A stretch of DNA of 64,000 bases from an uncultured Spirochaetota bacterium. Lineage in GTDB: Bacteria > Spirochaetota > Brevinematia > Brevinematales > JAOACQ01. The notes below the pieces were generated by a model. It had not been told where the DNA came from, searched no databases, and saw nothing but the letters and a program-made list of their open reading frames with translations. Shown here piece after piece: positions 18,361-27,989 of the stretch. The translations under genes were made by a program, and so were the position numbers. Each line of letters begins with the position of its first letter. The first letter of the stretch is position 1. The stretch spans positions 256,001-320,000 of the forward strand of contig CAVYGN010000002.1 in assembly GCA_963768055.1 (NCBI GenBank), in the 5' to 3' direction.

Positions 18361-19589
18361 TAAAAACTGATGATCTCCTCGAATAGTTTTATCGCGAATG
18401 TATCCGTCATACTGGCTATAAAATCAACTACCGCTCTTTTGTAATGCAAGAGATCCTCTAAATCATATATTCTTTTAATCTCTTCATATTTTTTTTCTTT
18501 TTCCTTGTAGAAATTCGAGTATTTAACCAGCCACTTCCTGAAATATTTTATTAACTGTTCATAATTTTTTTCAAGCCGGCTTAAAAATTGTCTTAATTTA
18601 TTTATATCGTAGGCAAAATCCATTTTTGTAAGCAGCTCATAAATCGATTCTATTACAAGAATGGCGTATTTTTTAAAATAATCCAGCCTCCGGTTTTTAT
18701 AGATATTATTAATACTGAAGTCTTTAATATAGGACAGCAGCCTGGCAAATGGTTCGCTGAATCGCAGTCCCTCTCCAGGGCTGCTGTTTTCACACAAATC
18801 CACCATAAAATAATGGATGATATTGGTATTGTTGATTTCTTCAATATTTATACCGGGTATGACTTTCGCAACTTCCTTTGCCAGTTTATTCAGTTCGCTT
18901 TGAGTTATTATATTCAATAATACCGCGTCCTCGATATCCCTTCCGAGAAAAGCTACTTTATCCGCGATTTTAACAATGCACCCCTCCCATGTATAAGGCG
19001 TGGGCTGGTCTTTTTTGCTGATAGATTCCAGTTTTATTACCTCGTCCCTGGGTGTTAAAATTTTATCATCCATTTCTCCGCAGTGGCATATTATCCCGTC
19101 CCTTACGCCGTAGGTTAAATTCAGGTTATTGTATTTTCCGGCAGGGTTTTGTAATATTTCAATATTATCGACGAAATACAGGCTGTTATTTTCATGCCAG
19201 AAATTCAAACCAAGTTCCCTCTGAGTTATGGAATTCAAAATTTCTTCACCTGTATGCCCGAATGGGGTGTGGCCTATATCATGGCCGATGGCTATGGCCG
19301 TCGTAAGCTCCGTATTAAGACCCAGGAAAGACGCGAGTGTGTAGCTGATCGAAGAGACATGGTTTACATGCTCTATTCTCGTGCATACGTGATCGTTTTT
19401 TGTGGCGAAAAATACCTGGGTTTTATGCTTCAATCTCCTGTAAGATTTTGAATGCAGGATCCTGTTGTAATCCCTCTGGAACTTGCTCCTTAACTCATTT
19501 ACTCTGTCATAAATTATAGATTCCCTGTGTACCGCATTGTCATATTTATCCTTGATATTCTCGATCGATAATTCCTGGAATTTTTTCAT
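18360..19589 (-). CDS. dGTP triphosphohydrolase-like HD-domain protein
   Basis: FQRDYNRILHS..YRRLKHKTQVF, HDIGHTPFGH.GE, VVDFIASMTD. Confidence 0.9.
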   Translation of the reverse strand: MKKFQELSIENIKDKYDNAVHRESIIYDRVNELRSKFQRDYNRILHSKSYRRLKHKTQVFFATKNDHVCTRIEHVNHVSSISYTLASFLGLNTELTTAIAIGHDIGHTPFGHTGEEILNSITQRELGLNFWHENNSLYFVDNIEILQNPAGKYNNLNLTYGVRDGIICHCGEMDDKILTPRDEVIKLESISKKDQPTPYTWEGCIVKIADKVAFLGRDIEDAVLLNIITQSELNKLAKEVAKVIPGINIEEINNTNIIHYFMVDLCENSSPGEGLRFSEPFARLLSYIKDFSINNIYKNRRLDYFKKYAILVIESIYELLTKMDFAYDINKLRQFLSRLEKNYEQLIKYFRKWLVKYSNFYKEKEKKYEEIKRIYDLEDLLHYKRAVVDFIASMTDTFAIKLFEEIISF

Positions 19590-19676
19590 ATTATCCCCTC
19601 CGGGGCCAGCGCTCCGTAAACCTTTACACTATAAAGGATTGAATACCGGAAGTCAAATATAAAAAAGGAGAAGCGG

Positions 19677-20888
19677 TTAAATATGGCGGAGGGCTTCAAC
19701 CGGAGGAAGTTTTCGAGCATACCATGCCGGTATCGCAGCGGAAATTGCAGAAATAAGGACAGCCATACAAACGGCAATGACCAGCACCTGGAGGTCTGCT
19801 GAAGGATATACGATCATATCGATGGGTGTTTCCCTGTTTTTCAGCCAGCTGCTGAAATTAAGGCCTTTTATCGAAGTGTATAATACTAACAGGTATCCTG
19901 ATAATCCTCCTGCTATTCCTCCTATGCCTCCGATTATTACTCCTTCCAGTGCGAAGTTCATGAAAATCTCGTCGTCTATCATACCGAGGGCCTTCAATGT
20001 GCCGATTTCCTTCATTCTTTCATAAACAGCCATTATCATAGTGTTTACAATAACAAATGAGGCAAGTAAAAGTATCAGCATAAGCATTATATACATTACG
20101 TATAATGCCGACTGCATCACGTTGTAAAGCCCGCCTGTCTGCTGGCCGGGGTCTCTTATAATTAATCCCGAAGGCAATATACTGTTTATTTTACCGCAGA
20201 TCCCCGGCAGGTCTGCTTTTTTATCCGTAAAGACGGTAATCTCGGTTATACCATCCTGCATTTTTAAAAGCCTCCGGGAATTCCGGAGATCTATAAAAAA
20301 AGACCTTTTATCGATCATACTTATGCCGAAACGTACTATCCCCTTCACTTTCATTTTAATGCCGTTCAAACCCCTTTGTGTTGTCGAGGTCACCAGAAGG
20401 AGCTCATCGCCTGTTTTGATGTTGATTTTTGATGCGAATCCCTCGCAGACATAGAGCCCTTCATCCTCCAATTTTCCATTCAGGAGCTTTTTTGACAGAT
20501 CGAACTTCTTACTGCGAAGATCCGTTCCTATTCCCATCGCAGTTTCGGACTTATCCCCTTTTCCTAAAATAATGCCGAAGCGGACTCTTTGTTCAACTGA
20601 AGATACCCCATGTATTTTTAAAATACCCGAGACTATTTCACCCGAATTCGATATATAGTCATACATCGGCAGAAACCGCTCATATTTGGCAAAATCGGCA
20701 GTCGTAACCTTGAAATTTCCCGTCGAATAATTAATATAATTTCTTAGAATACTGTCAAAAATACCGTTGAAAAACCCGATGCCGAAGGTTACGATAATCG
20801 AAGCGGTGAAGATCGAACTCGCCGTTAAAAGGGACCTCTTTTTATTTCTTAAAACGTTTCTTAAAGCAAATTTTATTATATTTATCAT
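19677..20888 (-). CDS. ABC transporter permease (LolE/MacB/FtsX family)
   Basis: ALRNVLRNKKRSLLT; NTMIMAVYERMKEIGTLKALG; PPVEALR. Confidence 0.9.
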   Translation of the reverse strand: MINIIKFALRNVLRNKKRSLLTASSIFTASIIVTFGIGFFNGIFDSILRNYINYSTGNFKVTTADFAKYERFLPMYDYISNSGEIVSGILKIHGVSSVEQRVRFGIILGKGDKSETAMGIGTDLRSKKFDLSKKLLNGKLEDEGLYVCEGFASKINIKTGDELLLVTSTTQRGLNGIKMKVKGIVRFGISMIDKRSFFIDLRNSRRLLKMQDGITEITVFTDKKADLPGICGKINSILPSGLIIRDPGQQTGGLYNVMQSALYVMYIMLMLILLLASFVIVNTMIMAVYERMKEIGTLKALGMIDDEIFMNFALEGVIIGGIGGIAGGLSGYLLVLYTSIKGLNFSSWLKNRETPIDMIVYPSADLQVLVIAVCMAVLISAISAAIPAWYARKLPPVEALRHI

Positions 20889-20896
20889 AAAATACC

Positions 20897-22117
20897 CTAT
20901 TGATTAGCCTTGAGGCAATCGACTATTTTTTGGCCGATCGTTTTTTTCGCAGGATAATAACTGGCGGCAGCGCTGAAAATAATACCGATAATAAAAGCCC
21001 CCGTAACGGAGCCGATTTCTAATTTAGATTTTACAACCCCCATTACATTAAATCCGCTCACATTAGAGGCTTTAAAAATTGATGTGATATTTACACCTAT
21101 GATCATTGGATAAAGGCTCGCTAAAACGCCTGTTATCACCCCTATAGCGCTTCCAAGCAAGCCGATCATAAATCCTTCAAGGACAAAAAGAGTCTGAACA
21201 TCCCGGTCGGTCATACCAAGGGCTTTTAATGTGCCGATTTCTCTCTGTTTCTGGTAAACCGATATAAGCATTGTATTGATTATACCGACAAGCCCGATAA
21301 TCGCGATAAAGATAAGGAAAATCATGAAAATCTTTTCCCTGCTCTCTGTATTGACAACCGTATCCTCGCCAAGAGTTACCCAGTCATATACTTTATATAC
21401 GGGTAAAGATTTTTTCAGATCCGGTTCAAAACCTTCATATTTTTTATAGTTGGCGGTCTTGATGTCGATTTCCGAGACACTGTCGGCGTTCAAAAATTTC
21501 AACGCTTCATCCAGGTTTATAAATACTGTCGAATTATTTACCTGAGGATCAGGAGAATCTATCAATCCCGTAATTTCAAAGTCTATGGAATCCATCATAT
21601 TCTGGCTGTTATGAAAAGTAATATAAACCGTATCTCCAATGCCGGCGCCCATGTCGCTGGCCAGTATATTGCCCAGGACAACCCCGCCGGGTTTAAGCTT
21701 CCCGGAATAAATAAAGTTCGTTAAGTTAAAGACATAATTATCTGCCGAAGGATCGATGCCTACAACCAGTATCGGGGAAGATACTCTGCCGTTATCCAGG
21801 TCGGCTGTAAATTTGACCCTCTCCGTAAAAGCCTTTATATAGGGTTTTGTTTTTAGAATAACCTCGATTGAACGATAATCGGTTATAAAATTACTCATAT
21901 CATAAGGGCTGTCCTCATCGAACCCGGAGCTCCTGACCTTGAAATCGCCGGATTCTAATCCTATCTGGTTTTCAAAGGCCTGAACGCTGAGCCCTTTTAT
22001 AAAACCCATCATAAAAATATAGAGGGCGATTCCAAATACCAGTATAGAAACGGTTAAAATCGTTCTTCTTTTATATCGTAAAATATTCTTAACGGCAAGG
22101 GATAAAATAAATTTCAT
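20897..22117 (-). CDS. ABC transporter permease (LolE/MacB/FtsX family)
   Basis: KNILRYKRRTILT; NTMLISVYQKQREIGTLKALG. Confidence 0.9.
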   Translation of the reverse strand: MKFILSLAVKNILRYKRRTILTVSILVFGIALYIFMMGFIKGLSVQAFENQIGLESGDFKVRSSGFDEDSPYDMSNFITDYRSIEVILKTKPYIKAFTERVKFTADLDNGRVSSPILVVGIDPSADNYVFNLTNFIYSGKLKPGGVVLGNILASDMGAGIGDTVYITFHNSQNMMDSIDFEITGLIDSPDPQVNNSTVFINLDEALKFLNADSVSEIDIKTANYKKYEGFEPDLKKSLPVYKVYDWVTLGEDTVVNTESREKIFMIFLIFIAIIGLVGIINTMLISVYQKQREIGTLKALGMTDRDVQTLFVLEGFMIGLLGSAIGVITGVLASLYPMIIGVNITSIFKASNVSGFNVMGVVKSKLEIGSVTGAFIIGIIFSAAASYYPAKKTIGQKIVDCLKANQ

Positions 22118-22134
22118 ATCAAACCTTTACACGG

Positions 22135-22458
22135 CTAATTTCTATTTTTATAAGAATCGATCAATTTTTCCATGGTGCTGAAATATGCATCAAGCGCCTT
22201 TATGCCTTTTTCATTAATTGTTAACGTCGTCAGGGGCTTATTATTTTTAAAAGTCTTTTCAATTGCAATATATTCCCCCGCCTCTAAAATCTTGAGGTGT
22301 GTTGAAAGATTACCGGAACTGAAATTCAGGAACTCTTTTAAATCCGTAAAGCTCATATTTTTTTGAGGAGAGCCTGCCAGCTTCATCAATATTAATAGCC
22401 TGGACCGCTCGTTTAAAACTTTATCATCGAAAATATTATTATCTATTTCCGGCGCCAT
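22135..22458 (-). CDS. Winged-helix transcriptional regulator (ArsR/MarR-like)
   Basis: RLLILMKL...FTDLKEFL..SSGNLSTHLKILE..EYI.IEKTF...KP.T. Confidence 0.85.
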   Translation of the reverse strand: MAPEIDNNIFDDKVLNERSRLLILMKLAGSPQKNMSFTDLKEFLNFSSGNLSTHLKILEAGEYIAIEKTFKNNKPLTTLTINEKGIKALDAYFSTMEKLIDSYKNRN

Positions 22459-22459
22459 A

Positions 22460-23143
22460 TCAACTCTCTTTATTTTTAATCAAACCGAACTTTATTTCAT
22501 CAATTATGCCTAAAGTCAGAACGGCCAGGCCGAACGAGGCCCCTTCCCATATCAGGGCGTCCAGGGGTGATTTAAGAATGTATGGAACCGACAACGCTCC
22601 GGGAATTATCATTAAGAGTCCGCAAATAATAAATTCAAAGAGAGAATAAAAATTCCCAATGGTCGTAAAACCAATGCCCGCGCCGACAGTAAATACTACA
22701 AAAATAAATTGATACTGGCCGGTTATATAAAAATAAGAGGCAAAATATAATATTAATACGCCAATTACAATTAACGATTTCAGCATCGGTTTCCCTACAA
22801 TGTTTAAAACAATATTCAGTATGGTTTTAGCGGAATCGAATTTTCTTTCACGCCTCAGCAGCAGTATTTTATAAAATCCTATAACAGCTATTGCAAAAAT
22901 CCCTGAAATAATGAGAATTTCTCTGATCCCTGCAGGAATCTTATAAAAATCACCGTAATTTTTTATAAAAAAATAAAATAGTAAGGAAAATAAAATTATC
23001 AATACTCCGCCTGCAAAAATAATGACGCGGTATGATGTCAGATAAAGATATTCCCGTATATTTTCACGGTCCTGCTCCAGCATGGAGCGCAGGTATTTGA
23101 TGTCCGAACTTAACTTAAGTATTTCTTCAGGGATTTGTTTCAT
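22460..23143 (-). CDS. Multi-pass membrane protein preceding the regulator
   Basis: About 6 hydrophobic helices; AAAGGAG RBS; first gene of the operon. Confidence 0.7.
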   Translation of the reverse strand: MKQIPEEILKLSSDIKYLRSMLEQDRENIREYLYLTSYRVIIFAGGVLIILFSLLFYFFIKNYGDFYKIPAGIREILIISGIFAIAVIGFYKILLLRRERKFDSAKTILNIVLNIVGKPMLKSLIVIGVLILYFASYFYITGQYQFIFVVFTVGAGIGFTTIGNFYSLFEFIICGLLMIIPGALSVPYILKSPLDALIWEGASFGLAVLTLGIIDEIKFGLIKNKES

Positions 23144-23165
23144 AAACAACTCCTTTCATACAAAT

Positions 23166-23201
23166 TAGTTTGTATAACAAACTAGTTTATTATAAGAACT
23201 A
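23166..23201. promoter_or_regulatory. Tandem palindromic operator, probably for the 22135 regulator
   Basis: TAGTTTGT-ATA-ACAAACTA overlapping a second copy TAGTTTAT-TAT-AAGAACTA. Confidence 0.6.
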
Positions 23202-23237
23202 TTTTTATAAAAGTCAAGTGTTTTTTAAGGATCAGGA

Positions 23238-23735
23238 CTAATTATTTGTCAGCAGCCACAAATTGGTATGAAAATATTTATTGTACGCCTCTATCCAGTT
23301 TGTCGAAATTTCCATCTGCGCCTGCCGCAGAGTAATCTTATTTCCAATCACCAATTTATGCAGGCGGTTTTCAAGCCTGTCTTTCGTATGCGCGTTTATT
23401 TTCCCGAAATAAGCCTCAGGCCACAAATTGGTTATGGAATTATCCCCTCCCAATTCAAGGCTGATAAGGTGGTCGATTTCGAACGATCCCCGGGGATAAT
23501 CTCCGGGGTTAATGCCGTAAATTTTAAAAATGAGTTTTTTCTCTTCTTCGGATACATGCCTGATCTTCCTGGTCGTCCATCCCGGGGCCTTCATTACTTC
23601 CACTGTAATATAGGGATCTATCCCTCCAGGGGTTAATTTCGGATCCGGAATAATAGGGACTTTATCGGTTAAAGCTAAAATTAAGGTAAAGCAGGCAAAT
23701 AAAATCAGACCTGCTGATAGAATCTTTTTTATCAT
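23238..23735 (-). CDS. Secreted HNH-endonuclease-like protein
   Basis: Signal peptide; PDPKLTPG; EIDHLISLELGGDN..TNLWPE; KDRLENRLH. Confidence 0.75.
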   Translation of the reverse strand: MIKKILSAGLILFACFTLILALTDKVPIIPDPKLTPGGIDPYITVEVMKAPGWTTRKIRHVSEEEKKLIFKIYGINPGDYPRGSFEIDHLISLELGGDNSITNLWPEAYFGKINAHTKDRLENRLHKLVIGNKITLRQAQMEISTNWIEAYNKYFHTNLWLLTNN

Positions 23736-23811
23736 TTTAATATTCTCCAATTTTTTTATTTTTTAATTATTCAGAAATATTGTATGAAATTTTTATTCGC
23801 TCGACTGATGG

Positions 23812-24160
23812 TCAACCCTGCATCAATATCCTTCCCCAATCCGGACTGATCTCCAGGGATAAAACGCCGGCCCCGGAATCGAAAGCTTTTCCCGGATCCA
23901 GCAGATCCTTCCAGCGGGAAGGCCAGCCTCGCGGTAAAATTACAGACACTCTATCTGTTTTATCGGATGCGTTAACGCAGACGATAACCTAATCCCGAAA
24001 GAGCCCGCATAAAACCCATATCGAGCGAATCTGCGGCATCCAGCCTCAACCCGTCGATCCCGAATTCGTTTTTCCAGAAACGGACGCTCTCGAACAGATA
24101 ATTCCGTACTTCCGGATTATCAGGAATGAATTTTACCAGGCTGTAGTGTCCGTTCCAGCC
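23812..24160 (-). pseudogene. GH13 alpha-amylase family remnant with two deletions
   Basis: GWNGHYSLVK...EVRNYLFESVRFWKNEFGIDGLRLDAAD, then in another frame the C-terminal VIVCVNAS...WKDLL...WGRILMQG*. Confidence 0.8.
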
Positions 24161-24178
24161 TCCTATTTCTTTCTATAC

Positions 24179-24193
24179 GTACCGGTGGGTATA
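24179..24193. promoter_or_regulatory. Second putative TetR operator, upstream of the GH13 remnant
   Basis: GTACCGGTGGGTATA, 12/15 match to ATACCGATCGGTATA. Confidence 0.5.
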
Positions 24194-24218
24194 TAGATAT
24201 AACAAAAAAAAGTTTATT

Positions 24219-24785
24219 TCAGGTGTAAATCCCGTACTGCACGGTCCTCAAACTCTGCCGGATAATGTCGTCAGTCAACTCGATAAATCCGTTAAGCCAC
24301 AGCCCGATACATGTGTTGATTGCCCCGATTATGATCGCTGTAATAATTTTTTCCCTTCCCCGCATATTACCATATTTCGGGACGGCTTTATTGATCACTT
24401 CCTCGAGAATACCGAATACCTGTTTATCAAGTTCCGTAAAGGCCTTGTTGGGTTCGCTATCTCTTGGTGAGAAGTACATGGAAAGCTTCATCCGGTTGAA
24501 AACAGCATTTTCTTTCGCGAACCTGAAAAGAGCAAAAGCCATGTTTTCCAGAGAAAGCGGAAGATTCCCTGAATATCCGGACGCGTCGGAAATTTCTTTA
24601 GTCATTACATCCCCGTATTTCCTGACTATTGCGTCGAGAAGCCCTCGTTTACTTCCGAAATAATGATATAAGGTCGGTTTTGTCACTTTCGCCTCGTCGC
24701 AGATCTCCTGTACCCCGACAGCTTCATAACCCCTGTCGGCAAAAAGAGAAAGGCTTTTCAGGATCAGTATCTCGCGGTTATCCAT
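24219..24785 (-). CDS. TetR/AcrR family regulator
   Basis: LFADRGYEAVGVQEICDEAKVTKPTLYHYFGSK HTH; start at MDNRE. Confidence 0.92.
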   Translation of the reverse strand: MDNREILILKSLSLFADRGYEAVGVQEICDEAKVTKPTLYHYFGSKRGLLDAIVRKYGDVMTKEISDASGYSGNLPLSLENMAFALFRFAKENAVFNRMKLSMYFSPRDSEPNKAFTELDKQVFGILEEVINKAVPKYGNMRGREKIITAIIIGAINTCIGLWLNGFIELTDDIIRQSLRTVQYGIYT

Positions 24786-24803
24786 AATTTTTCCTCTGCA
24801 TGT

Positions 24804-24823
24804 ATTATACCGATCGGTATAAT
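24804..24823. promoter_or_regulatory. TetR operator
   Basis: Perfect 20-bp palindrome ATTATACCGATCGGTATAAT between divergent tetR and oxidoreductase genes. Confidence 0.75.
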
Positions 24824-24887
24824 GAAAGTCAAGTATTTTTGACAAAAATCCTGGCGTTAAATAAACTAAAAAAATGGAGGATATTTC

Positions 24888-26384
24888 ATGCAAAATAAAA
24901 AGATTATAATAATCGGCGCAGGTATAGCCGGTCTTTCTGCAGGATGCTACTCGGCAATGAACGGTTTTGAAACGCATATTTTCGAGGCGAATCATATTCC
25001 CGGCGGTTTATGCACGTCATGGAACAAGGGGAATTTTATCATTGACGGAAGCATCCATCATCTCGCGGGTTTAAATAAAAAAAGTTTATATTACAAAATC
25101 TGGGAAGAACTGGGAACAATGCCTGCTCCGGTCACATTTTTTAAAGACCTTTCCTCCGTTGAGACCCTTGACGGCATGAAATTTTATGTTTCAACCGATA
25201 TTGAAAAACTTAAAAGAGACATGCTCGATACAGCCCCTGAAGATAAAGAGACAATTTATAAATATTTTAAATTACTGTACAAATTTAAGAAAATGGACAT
25301 TCTTGAGGCGGGCCTCTGGGGTATCGGCGGTTTTATAAAAAACCTCGCAGGGTTCTTAAGCATTATGAAATACATGAAAGTCACCATGGCTTCCTTTGCC
25401 GATAACTTCAGTAATCCTTTTTTAAAAAAAGCTTTCCGGTTCATTCAGTATGACTGGCAGGATGTACCGATTCCTCTGCACGCGAATATAATGACCGGCT
25501 GCTACATGCAACGCTACGGCTGGTATAACGGCGGCTCGCTTGAATTCGCAAAAGCTATTGAGAAGAAATTTAAATCGCTTGGCGGCATGATTAACTACGG
25601 TACTAAAATCGAAAAAATAATTGCGGAAAACGGAAGAGCGGAAGCTTTTTTAACTTCAGATAAAACAAGAATAGAAGCCGATTATATCATCTCAAACAGC
25701 TTCGGATACAATACGATCTTTAACATGCTGGACGGCAGATATCTTTCCATAAGGGATAAGGAATTTTATAACAGGCCGGGCGATGACGCAAAAATGGGTT
25801 TGCAGGTATCTTTCGGTATAAACAGGGATATGAGAGACCAGCCGCATGCCGTTATTTTATTTCTTGATGGAAAGCTAAAAGCCGGTGGCAGGGATTTTGA
25901 CAGGCTCAATATTGAAATATTCAATTTCGATCAAAAAATCGCACCGGCAGGCAAGACAGTTATTAAAGTGATAATGGATACAGGCTTTAAATACTGGCGC
26001 GATCTATATAGAGAAAAAGACAACTACAAAAACGAAAAAGAAAAACTGGCAGAAGATATTTTAATGATCCTTGATAAAAAATATCCCGGCATAAAAAGCC
26101 AGGTAGAAATGACCGATGTGGCTACTCCTGTAACAACTGAAAGATTCACATCCAATGCAGAACCCTACGGGGCGCAGCTGGAAATGAAACCTTCCGATTT
26201 AATGAATTCCCTTTTCGGCAAACCTAAGAAACTGCCCGGCATTAAGAATTTATTTCTTGTCGGCCAGTCTGTGGGCGGAGCCGGTATTCCCGGATGCGCT
26301 TTAATGGGTAAAAACACTGTCAAAAATATTTGCATGCTTGAAAAAAGGAGATTCCGGGCAGACAGGCAGGGCAGGAATAAATGA
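24888..26384 (+). CDS. Phytoene-dehydrogenase-like FAD-dependent oxidoreductase
   Basis: IIGAGIAGLSAG, PGGLCTSW, DVATPVT.ER, NLFLVGQ. Confidence 0.85.
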   Translation: MQNKKIIIIGAGIAGLSAGCYSAMNGFETHIFEANHIPGGLCTSWNKGNFIIDGSIHHLAGLNKKSLYYKIWEELGTMPAPVTFFKDLSSVETLDGMKFYVSTDIEKLKRDMLDTAPEDKETIYKYFKLLYKFKKMDILEAGLWGIGGFIKNLAGFLSIMKYMKVTMASFADNFSNPFLKKAFRFIQYDWQDVPIPLHANIMTGCYMQRYGWYNGGSLEFAKAIEKKFKSLGGMINYGTKIEKIIAENGRAEAFLTSDKTRIEADYIISNSFGYNTIFNMLDGRYLSIRDKEFYNRPGDDAKMGLQVSFGINRDMRDQPHAVILFLDGKLKAGGRDFDRLNIEIFNFDQKIAPAGKTVIKVIMDTGFKYWRDLYREKDNYKNEKEKLAEDILMILDKKYPGIKSQVEMTDVATPVTTERFTSNAEPYGAQLEMKPSDLMNSLFGKPKKLPGIKNLFLVGQSVGGAGIPGCALMGKNTVKNICMLEKRRFRADRQGRNK

Positions 26385-26845
26385 AGATCCCTATGAGAAG
26401 GCGGGACAGGAAATTATCAGATGAAGAAGCCATGGAAATACTCGGGAATGGGGAATACGGGATTCTCTCCTTCTGTTCAATGGCGGGAGAACCCTATGGA
26501 ATACCTCTAAATTACGCCCTCGACGATAAAAACATTTACTTCCATTGCGCGATGGAAGGTTCTAAAATAAATTTTCTTAATGCAAACAGCAGGGTTTCAT
26601 TTTGTGTTGTTGGAGAGACCGAAGTTCTCCCGTCTGATTTCAGCACAAGATATGAAAGCGTTATTGTTTCGGGTAATGCATCTTTTATCGGCGGAGATGA
26701 GAAAAAGAAGGCGCTTATTAAATTAGTCGAGAAATATTCTGCGGATTTTACCCGGGAAGGATTACAGCATATCAAAAAAAATTTTGATAGAACAGGAGTA
26801 TTTAAGTTAGAGATAGGATCGGTTTCTGGAAAATCGAAGAAATGA
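26381..26845 (+). CDS. Pyridoxamine 5'-phosphate oxidase-like flavin-binding protein (NimA family)
   Basis: MRRRDR, PYGIPLNY, IYFHCA.EG.K, VSFCVV, YESVI. Confidence 0.9.
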   Translation: MKIPMRRRDRKLSDEEAMEILGNGEYGILSFCSMAGEPYGIPLNYALDDKNIYFHCAMEGSKINFLNANSRVSFCVVGETEVLPSDFSTRYESVIVSGNASFIGGDEKKKALIKLVEKYSADFTREGLQHIKKNFDRTGVFKLEIGSVSGKSKK

Positions 26846-26854
26846 GGTGTTTTC

Positions 26855-27256
26855 ATGAAAAATCGTAAGATCGATATTTTGTATTTAGGCATTTATATTT
26901 TATTATTCGCGGTTTTATTCAACCTGACAATAGATAATCCCTACCTGGAATTATTCAGGCGGTATTACTGGATAATAATAGCAGGATTGAGTTTTATATA
27001 CCCGTTTTTTAAACCTAAGAAACCGAATATTAAAAACATTATTTTAAGTTTCCTGGTTTTATCCGCCGTAACCATGATTCCTGAATGGATAGGCGATTTC
27101 ATATACTATATCTTTACAAGTTCCGCATATGAGACCATTCTTTTTTTTGAAATCTTCACCGCTCTCTCGATGGGCTCGTTAATAACAGGTTATATTACAG
27201 GGACATTGATCGCATTGATTTTTAAATATTTCATCACTCCCAATTCCAATAAATGA
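26855..27256 (+). CDS. Hypothetical membrane protein
   Basis: 4 hydrophobic segments; GAGGTG RBS. Confidence 0.6.
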   Translation: MKNRKIDILYLGIYILLFAVLFNLTIDNPYLELFRRYYWIIIAGLSFIYPFFKPKKPNIKNIILSFLVLSAVTMIPEWIGDFIYYIFTSSAYETILFFEIFTALSMGSLITGYITGTLIALIFKYFITPNSNK

Positions 27257-27974
27257 TCTTAAAACCCCGCCCTTCTACAGCGATTGATGAAACGTAATTC
27301 ATATCATTTAATCTGACATCTTCTAATGACCACTGTCGGCCGGAAAATCTGCCGTCATGTATTTCAATCTTAGATTTGATGCCCGGGTTTGGAGAAACTG
27401 AAAAACTATTCAGCGGCATATTTAAACCCTCTCCAATCGCCTTTATTAATGCTTCCTTTCTGGTCCAGCATGTAAAAAATGCCCTTTTTCTTATGGCGGC
27501 CGGTAATTCAAAATATTCGTTTATTTCTTTATTCGAGAAAAATCTTTTAACGATCCTGTCGGAATCGGGCATATCTTTCATGTATTGGATATCGATGCCG
27601 ACTTCCCTGCCTCTTGTCAGCGCGTAAATAATATATTTTCCAGAATGGGATAAATTAAACCTGATATCGTTATTTTCCGGATTTTTTATGACCGGTTTTC
27701 CCTTTTTTTCCCTCGCAAAATAAATAGTTTTCGAATCAAGGTGAATATACCGGCTTAATATTAACCTTAAAATGCCATGTGTGATGATAAATCTCTTTTT
27801 ATCTTTATCGAAAATAAACCTTTTTGACCGTTCAAGCTCATTATTCGAAAGCAGGCCCGATAAATACTCGTGATTACAGGCTTCTTTTTCAATATCGACC
27901 AGCCATATATGTACGATTCCTTCATGGATCGTTAATTCCTCATCCGGTAAATTCCATAAATCTTTATTCGGCAT
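27234..27974 (-). CDS. Sfp-type 4'-phosphopantetheinyl transferase
   Basis: GKP, FNLSHSG, VGIDIQ, WTRKEALIKAIGEGL. Confidence 0.92.
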   Translation of the reverse strand: MPNKDLWNLPDEELTIHEGIVHIWLVDIEKEACNHEYLSGLLSNNELERSKRFIFDKDKKRFIITHGILRLILSRYIHLDSKTIYFAREKKGKPVIKNPENNDIRFNLSHSGKYIIYALTRGREVGIDIQYMKDMPDSDRIVKRFFSNKEINEYFELPAAIRKRAFFTCWTRKEALIKAIGEGLNMPLNSFSVSPNPGIKSKIEIHDGRFSGRQWSLEDVRLNDMNYVSSIAVEGRGFKIIYWNWE

Positions 27975-27989
27975 TTAATTTAAAATCTC

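Noticed and set aside
24786..24995. N-terminal extension of TetR in the ORF track
   Set aside because: It overlaps the operator and the divergent oxidoreductase gene; the HTH begins right after ATG 24785.
27234..27974. NRPS/PKS cluster implied by the Sfp-type PPTase
   Set aside because: No synthetase or carrier-domain genes are adjacent; the only ACP is the housekeeping acpP 36 kb away.
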